64,000 nt of DNA. Source: a virus. Lineage: Duplodnaviria > Caudoviricetes. Under the pieces are notes generated by a model, which was not told the DNA's origin, made no database searches, and worked only from the letters and a program-made list of their open reading frames with translations. The translations under genes and the position numbers were made by a program. The first letter of the stretch is position 1. Every line of letters begins with the position of its first letter. The stretch lies in the IMG/VR virus record IMGVR_UViG_3300033073_000160, positions 51,910 through 115,909 of that record; one strand, 5' to 3'. Of the stretch, positions 29,501 through 38,500 are shown one piece after another.

Positions 29501-32500
29501 CGTTGCCTGCGGTTACATCGTATGTAACTTTGATAGTAGTATCACCGTCTTCAAACAGGTCAATTTCTAATTCTTCAATAGTCTTAGACGGATTTGCAGT
29601 ATTCCAAGCCGCAATAATATCTAATCGCTGTGAAACGATTTTAATAACAATAGTAGCAGCACTTTGTCCAGCGTAAGTATCTTGAACAAGATAGTCTAAG
29701 AACGTCACTGGTCCAGAAGAAATTCCAGATACTAATATCTTTTGAATTTCTTTTACGCCTGGAATTGCCGCTACAACAGATACAATATAGGTGTCAGTTG
29801 CAACTCCTACACCGCTTACTCGCATACCAACAGCATTTGTAGTGAGACCTGCCGCAGTTAAAGTGTTTCCTGAGATTGTTCCTGTAATGCTTGCCGGAAC
29901 TTTATTTCCAGTAACTGAAGTTACTACAGTTCCATCTGGGATAACATCCGGCGACAACACTAAGCTGCCGACTTGAATGTTCTCAACTGAGCTAAATTCA
30001 ATAGTATTAGAACCGGCTGTAGTAACAGAAGCCGATGCTTGCGTAGTCGATATTGATGGTAGCACAACTGTGCTGTTAATACCGTCGCCAACAAATGTTT
30101 GCATTGTTGCGTTTGCATTTTTTTGCTGCGCAGTTCCAAAATTTGGATCATCAATTCTAACACCGTTGTGGTATACGTTGATAACTACTCCGTATTCTGG
30201 AATATATGGTAGGTCGAACGAATTAGAATTTAATCCTGCTCGAATGATGTAATCATCAAATGTTGGATCAATCTCATCCCAGCGATCTGTAAAGAACGGG
30301 AGACTATCCCAACCACTAGACACACTAAAATCTAATCCCGTAATGATAACCCCACCATAGTCGACTCCCGTCATCAACTGTGCTAAATCTTTACCTAGCT
30401 GGCCTGTTTGAGGATCATAATAGTATTGAATACGATCGGCCGCATTTAACAACGACCAGTCTTTAATATATGATATTTCAATTACTGCATCCTTAGGTGG
30501 AGCGGTATCAAATGTCAATGTTCCGTAGTAAGAAGTGTAACCACGTGATATTGACTTATTAATTGTCAACGTATAATCAGCTCTAATTGTATCAACACCA
30601 TTTACAGTCACTGAGCTCTTTCCGATTCGTAAATCAGGCGCCCACTTCAACACAAATTGTAATTTACTACCAGTGCCCACAAATGATGCGGTTTCTTCTA
30701 GTTCAGTAATAAAGAATGTCTTACTGATTCTATCAAACTTCATCTTAATTAAGTTAGATCTAACAACGCTGTTACCAATAATTGCAACTGCGGTAGCGGG
30801 TGTTCCGCCTTCTTCTAAGCCACCGTCAATCACAATCTTAGGAGCAGTTAAGTATCCAGATCCAGGTGTTAATAAGACTACACGGCTTACTTTTCCGTTA
30901 GTAATAAAGGCCCTAGCTGTTGCTGGAACTACAGATTGGTTATTTGAATTCTGATCAATAATTCTAACTACTGGCTCAGTTACATATCCGCTACCTTGGT
31001 CAACTAATTTTAAACTTGTAATTTCAAAGCCGACATTATCTAACCAATGTTTCCATGGATAGGTTAAGATTGCAGGATCGTTAGCCTGTATGTCTCCGTC
31101 AACGTTATATGTAAACATTGGAGAGTTTACGCCGTCGTTTGATACAGGTAACAAGTCAAAGTCAGTTACAGAAGCCTGAGATGTATCAACTTTAGTATAC
31201 TCACTTACATATTCTCTAATTTGAGTTCTGTATGGTTTAACTTCTGCAACATAAGCTTCAAAGTCTGCAAGATTGTCATTGTTATAAGTAACCTTTTGTT
31301 TTAGTTCACCAACGTTATGCTGAACTCTTACAAAACTAGTCTTAAACGCCCAGTCTAAATATGTCTGTTCTGCAAATGCATATCGTAAGCAAGTAAAGAA
31401 CAAATCTAGATATGTTTGTTTTAAAGTGTCAGTAAAGATCTTATTTTTTAATGTGTTAAGAATAATTCTTAATTCAATAACAGCAGTATTATCGAAAGCG
31501 TCGCCGTCAAACAACGCACCGTCATATCCCAATGTAGTATTTGTAAACTTATAAAGTTCACTACTTAACTGAATAGTTCCGTTTTCTGTTCCTACAACTT
31601 TATAAGATTGTGTCCAGTCAATCGATGTAGAATCTGCATATTTCTGTAACAATTCCCATCCACCGGTCCCATTAGTTCTAACCTTAACGAGCTGACCAAT
31701 TTTAACAGTTATCGAATTTAAGTCACTCAATGTGTTAACAGAATGATCTGCAAGCGTAAATTGATTAATACCGGCGGCATACCAGTCAACGTATGACCAA
31801 TATCTACGTGTATCGTATGCCTGGGATTGTGTGCGAGACCAAACTTTATAATACGGATCGTATGAGTAAATGCTCCAACGATTTAGTGCTTGACTATCGC
31901 TTCTAACAAGTGCAGAATAATTTCTAACTTCAAATTTAGTTGTGCTGTCGTAACCTTGACCAGCACTAATAATTTTTATTCCTGTTATCTGTCCTCTAGT
32001 ATTAATAATTGTTTGTATTTCTGCACCTCGGCCATTGCCTTTAATTTTAATATACGGTGCTGTTAAATACCCGTTGCCTGCATCGACAATATCAACTCCG
32101 ACGATCTCTCCGTCAGATGATACTACAGGATTAATGGTTGGAACTTTGACCGTGCTTACGCTTGCAAATCTTAATTCTGCATCGGTATCAAATGCAACGT
32201 CATACAACGCAGTAATTAAACTTGGAGCAGGATCAAATGAATTTAATGCAGAAATGTCTCTGCTTTCAACAATTTGATTTTCTAACAAACTAGAATTTGC
32301 ACGTTCAACAAACTGTTTTAACGCTTCAAAGCGATTAACAAACATACCTTGACGCGGACGGAATTCTGCACCGTAACGTAACTTAGGTGGTAAGTTAAGG
32401 TCGGGAACTACTTGATTGTTCTGATCTTTTCCGCAAAGACTGTCAAACCATTTTTCTTCAATTGCAGCAGGAAGATTACTGTTAACATCTTCGCTGACCA

Positions 32501-35500
32501 ATCTCCACTGACTATGAACGTTTTGATCTGTTTGATCAATTGTCCAATACTGGACTGCTAAAACAACATCTGCGTCTTGTAATAGAGGCTTAACGTTAAC
32601 TAGGCTAAACGAGTTTGCACTAGTTAACGCAAGATACTTGTATCCCTCTCCTTTCGGATTTGCAATTAAATTTGCTACGTTGTTAGCAGACATATTTCTA
32701 CCTTGAGCATTAGGAATAGTCTTCTTATTCTTTACCCAATAGTAATATGTGTTCTTAAATGATCTACTAATAGTATCATATCGCCTTTTAACACTATAGA
32801 CTGTATCTCCATATAGGCTTGTTCCACTGATGCCTAATGTTAATCCTGCATCAGTATCTGCTTGCTTGTCCCATGCACTTGGTAGTAAATTAGTTTCTAC
32901 CCATTCATAAACATCAATACTAGCTGTTTTAAATAAAGTGTTCCATGTTGTATTTTTATAAACAACATCGCCACCGTAGCTATCAATAAACTTTGCCCTG
33001 CGTAAATCCCACCATAGCATACCAACTTTGTCGCTAGTCCATGCCATGCCATCGTCAACTTTTACGTCATCTCCTGTTCCAATTGAATAAGTTGCAGGGT
33101 CGTAGAATGTTTTAAATTTAATTTCTTGCTCTGCAATTCCTGCAATTTTCCCTTGGATAGGATCAATTATATCAATATAAGTTACTAGATCGTTAGTTGC
33201 TTTATTATACAAGAACGCCTTCTTAATCTTACTAATATCTGGTTTAGCAGTTTCTACATATTTTGCAGACCATGATAATGCACCTCGGGTCTTTTCATAA
33301 TTGTAAACTACACCAGATCTTAAAGATAAATCTACTGCATATGGTGCGCTAACTAAAATGTTATTACGTCCTACTGCAAAACCAGTTCCGTATCCGTCTC
33401 CCATTCTAGGGCTGTCGTTAACTGACAAGGTTTCTGAATAAATCCATTTTGATGCGTAGCGGTCAAAAATATCAACTCGACCGCTGTCAACTGAATACTC
33501 AGTTAACACCATTGTGCCATTATCAAAAATAGTTGCGCCAGAATCAAATTCTGCAAGTTTGTAACTATCACCGTTAGCACTATAAACAACTAGTGTTTCG
33601 TAGTCGTTCATAAAGGCAATCTTTGATCCAAAGAATTCTGCGGTTTCAGGTTTATGACTCTCTACTGTTTGATATAGTGTATATCCGTTTGCGCCAAGCT
33701 CGTATACTAACACACGACCTTGGTCAAGTTTATCACCATCATACAGCGTTGCACCAACTGCAAGATAAGTTGCAGACGATGATAGTGCAAGACTATCACC
33801 AAATTGCTGTGAAGCTAGTGTAGACGTAATTGTCTGTGCTAGCTCGTAATTTCCATCAGTTAAGTTGTAGACAAACACTTTATTGTCTGCAGGGGCTGAA
33901 ATTGAAAGCGTAGTATTGTCAGGATTAACAACTATTGAATCTCCAAATCCTGCGCCTGCAGAAAGTGTAACATCATTAATAGCAGTATCGTATGAATACT
34001 CCCAGCGTGAAATTGTAAATGTTAATTCACCAAATGGTGTAGAATTAGGTGTTTCTGATATTCTTAGTGTAGAACTGTTAACAACTTGTGTTACAGTATG
34101 TGGACTAGTAAATCCAGTGCCAGTTACCGTCATACCTACTTCAATGTTGGCAGTGCTCGATACTTTTAAAGTTGTTCCCGAACTGCCAACTGGTTGATAT
34201 GTTGCAGTTGTTGTAATTGTGTTGTAATCAAGTTGATAAACACAGCCTGTTCCACTGTCATGCCCGGCGGCAGCTACAAACAACTTATTGTTACCAAAGA
34301 CAATATTAGATCCAAATAGTTGATTATTAACTATTGTTGGGCTTGTAATTGTAGCTACAAGATTTGCAATTGAAGAAGCATCTTTCTTATATAAAGACAC
34401 AACCCCGTGGCGAGTAGCACCTGTAGAAATTCCATCCTCAGTAGTTTCAATATACTTAATAGGTTTCCAGTAGGCTGTATTTGTAACAGGTATCTGTGTA
34501 TTTTCAAACAACGCAACATAATGTAATGTAGCTGATTCTACAATATCACCTGGCATGTAAGTATCATTAGTCTGATATTCACCTAACCAACGAGTTGATG
34601 CATTACTTGCTTGAGGAGATCCAAGTGCGATCCATTGCCCGTCTAGGGAGACTGCCACAGTCTCAGCAAAGTATCCCACTTCTTGATCAACTATATCTAC
34701 AGGCTGACAAATAAAAGGAGAAGTAATAGTTTGACGTTGTAGCCAGATTGAGGATCCAGAAGCTTTATCATAAGCAATTACTAAGTTGTTTGTTGTAGAA
34801 ACTACTGCATAACCCCCGTTACCACTTAATGCTAACTGACGGCCGTATCCTAAATCAGTCCCCGGGGTAGGGTTAACAAACTGTCGTGTAGCATACACCG
34901 GTGAATATTCCCACATGCACCATTTACCATTACCGTTATCATCAGTCCATAGTTTTTCACCTGCTTTAATTCTTGCTGGAAGTATTTCGGCAGCAGTATC
35001 AATTGATGTTGCACGTTGAGGTGTTAAGAAAAATAATTGAGCAGTTTCTTGATTTACAAACGGTGCATCAGGCGGTGTTGTTAGCGTAGCCTTAATAGTA
35101 AACGTGTTTAGACTGACAGAATTAACTTTATAAAAGCCCGAAAACTTATCAACTTGAACAATACTTACATATGTTCCAGGTGTTAATGTAACTTGTTGAT
35201 CTGTAGTAATTGTTAATGTGTTTGAAGAATACACAGCATTTACAATTTTATAAGACGTAGAAGTATATCTATAGATGTTCCACTCTCTGCCTTCAAATGC
35301 GCACCAGATATAATCACCGTCATTTAAAGGATTTGGATCTTGTGATAAAATTTCCTCAACATTATCTAATACTAATGATACTTCTTCTTCTCTAACATAT
35401 CCCGGTGTCCTTAGAAAAGGAGTGAAGTTTTCTGACAGTTTCCACGGTTGACTCTTGTATCCAAGAGGTTTTAAATAAAGATCGTTAGGCGTCTGTCTAA

Positions 35501-38500
35501 TAATAAAATCAAATTTATCTTCAGGTAACTGAGTTAACTCAAACCCTTGAGGATTGTTCTTAAACAATGCCTGATCCAAGACAAACTCAATGTCCTCAAA
35601 CGCTGCGCTAGCACCGTATTGGCCAACACGAACTGCCCATTCTTCAAAGAATTTTAAACTCTCTTGGCCTTCTGCACTTAGCACATCAAAGAGCTTATTC
35701 AAGCTGTTTTGAGTCCCTTTCTCAATGATCATTCCTTGATAGAACTTATACTCGCTAACATCGTCTTTAATAATGTTAGACAAGTATTGCCTTGGTTGAT
35801 AACCTGTCAAATGCTGAGCCATAGTCTGTTGGCCGACGTCAAAGTTACCACTATCTAGGCTGTAGAAATCTTCAAATTGTGCTGCCTTATAAGACCAGTT
35901 TGGTAGTAAAGCAGGTTCTGGTTTTTCTTTTAACTTTGTCCACTCCGAAGATATAAACTTGTCTGCACCGACTACTGGAGCATTTGCGCTATAGTAGAAT
36001 TCTTTATACTTAACAATGTCGCCTAGCGCATAATCAGTCCAAGTAGCCCAGTCTTGAATCTTTGCTTGGTCAAATATAAAACCGGCAACATCGAAACTAC
36101 CGTCCCACTGTGTGCTAACATAACTTGACGTTTTAATACGTTCTTGTCTATATCCACTTTCTGGATTATAAATTACATCGTTGAATAATGTTGTATTATC
36201 TAATAACAATACTTGTTCTTTCTGAACTAAGAAGAATGAAGCACCAAAGATACCAGAACCGTCTACAGGTGCATAACTTACATAGTTTCCTGAACGATAT
36301 GAATTTAAAAAGTTTGGTTCAAGTTTTGATCCGTCAACTTTGAAAATTTCGTAACCGTTAAATTGATTCAATATGTCGTCAACAACTGCGTATTCGGTCT
36401 TAATAACAATTTTATTTGCGGCTGGGCTCAACGATATTACTGAGCTTCCGACCGTGCTAAGACCGTCTAGCTTTGTATAATTTCTAAAGTGTGTTACACT
36501 ATTAATTTCTTCAAAGAATTCTGCGGGGGCAACATTTCTTGCAGCCTTGTAATAATCGCCGTTGTATCGAACAATGCTTCCGTAAGTTACAGGAGTGTCA
36601 GGTAACCAGTCGTCCCATTTGTCTTGACCACTTGACCAGTTCTGTGTTGTCCAGAATAAGAATTCTTTTGCGCTAGTTTCCCAGTTGGTAATCTGTGCAA
36701 GTGTAGAATTAAAGTCGTCAAATACAAAACCTTGATCCTTTAACACTTCGCCGTAACCAACTAAGAAGTCAACAACTTCTTGAATAGTTCTAAATTTTGT
36801 TCCGTATGGAACTACTATCGGAGACGAACGATCCCATAGTCTTCTTAGTATTGCATCACGTCCACCGATAATAGGAAGTTTAGCAAGACGTTGGAAGTTT
36901 GCTGTTTCAAATGTTGCCGTTGACACATGGCTAACTGTTACTCTATAAAACGAGTTGCTGTAGGAAACTACAGTTCCAGGAACATATCGCTGGCCAGATG
37001 CCCACACACTATAGCTCTCTGAGATTCCGCCCACATTAATTGTAAACCCAGACTGAATCCATGGATAGTATTCAAAGAAGGGTTTGCTCTTACTGTAGCC
37101 CTTAACTTCATAACCATCCTGAAGTTTAGTAATAATAACTCCGCTGTAGGTTAATTTTTTAACAGGGCTGCTAGAGTTTAAAACAATTTTGTAATTTTCT
37201 TGAGGAACAAATACACCGCCTACTGCTGTTGGATTTTTGCTATCTAATAATAAATTAAATTTTTCTTTACTAGTAAACCCGCCAATACGGTAACTTAGGT
37301 TAAAACGAATGTTGTTAAGATCATATACATATTGATCGTAAGATTTCAAGTTGTCACTTAAAATATAGTCAACAATGTAGTTGATAAGACCTGCGGTTTG
37401 AACTCGAGTATTGCTAGAGTAAATGTTTGGTAAAACTACATCTTCTGCTGTAATTCTTAGACCAGTATCTTTATAGACTAATTGTCCGGTTAAGTTTCTA
37501 ACAACCCTTGAACGGTCTAGCAGTTTACCGATAACGTCAGCAGGCTTTAATAATAGTGCAGTAATTAAAACACTAAACGGATAATAAGAACTTCTTCTCC
37601 ATGCTGCTTCAATAGGACTTACATCACCAAACACAAAGTCCCCTTCGGTTGATGTAGTAATAACACCGCTAGCCATGCTAGAGGTAATAGGGCTCACTAC
37701 ATTGCCGTCTGAGTCAACTGGGATGCAGTTTATCAAGAACGGTCTTGCAAACTTAGCATTTCGAATAATTGGTTTTCCAGGCTCGCGAATTACACCGTCT
37801 GATAAATCTTGCCACATAACTAGATTATCTTTAGTGTATGGAGCAGTTCCATATACGCTTGCCCACCACGTTGGTTCAATACTATAACCTAACATTTCCC
37901 AAGGGCACAAGTTAGGGCGATCAGTATCTAGCATCCAGCGATAAATTCCTCTCCAGTATCCCGGAACTTCTCTACCGTCCGGAGCTTGCTGGCCCCTATA
38001 ATTAAATGTCATGCTATTAGCTCTATCAAAGCTCAGAGGTTTAGAAAAATCTCTATCTATTAAGCTAGTCCACTTATAAAAATTTGGCGCAAGAATTTCA
38101 TTAAATTCTGTTAAAGAATAATCGTTGTCTCGGACATAACTTGGAATAACATCGTGAATGTCAAAGATTGTTGGATCGTATTCAACTTTAATAGTGTTAA
38201 AAATACGTTTTTCTAATTCTAAAATTAGATTATCTCGATAATCTCCATATGCTAGAATTTGACTTCCGTCGTGTCCTTGGATCATTTCTCGAGGAGTAAT
38301 TAAACTTGTATCTAGGTATTTCTTAGGTTCATACTTTGGCCAAATACCTAGCTTAGTTGGTGTTTGTGGAACAAAGCATCCGTCGGTGTTATCGTATTCG
38401 TAAATTGTAATAACATCATCATTTTCTAATGTTGCAATAACGTTAACAAATCCTTGATCACTAAATGTGTAATCAATACCGTATAACAATTGATTAATTG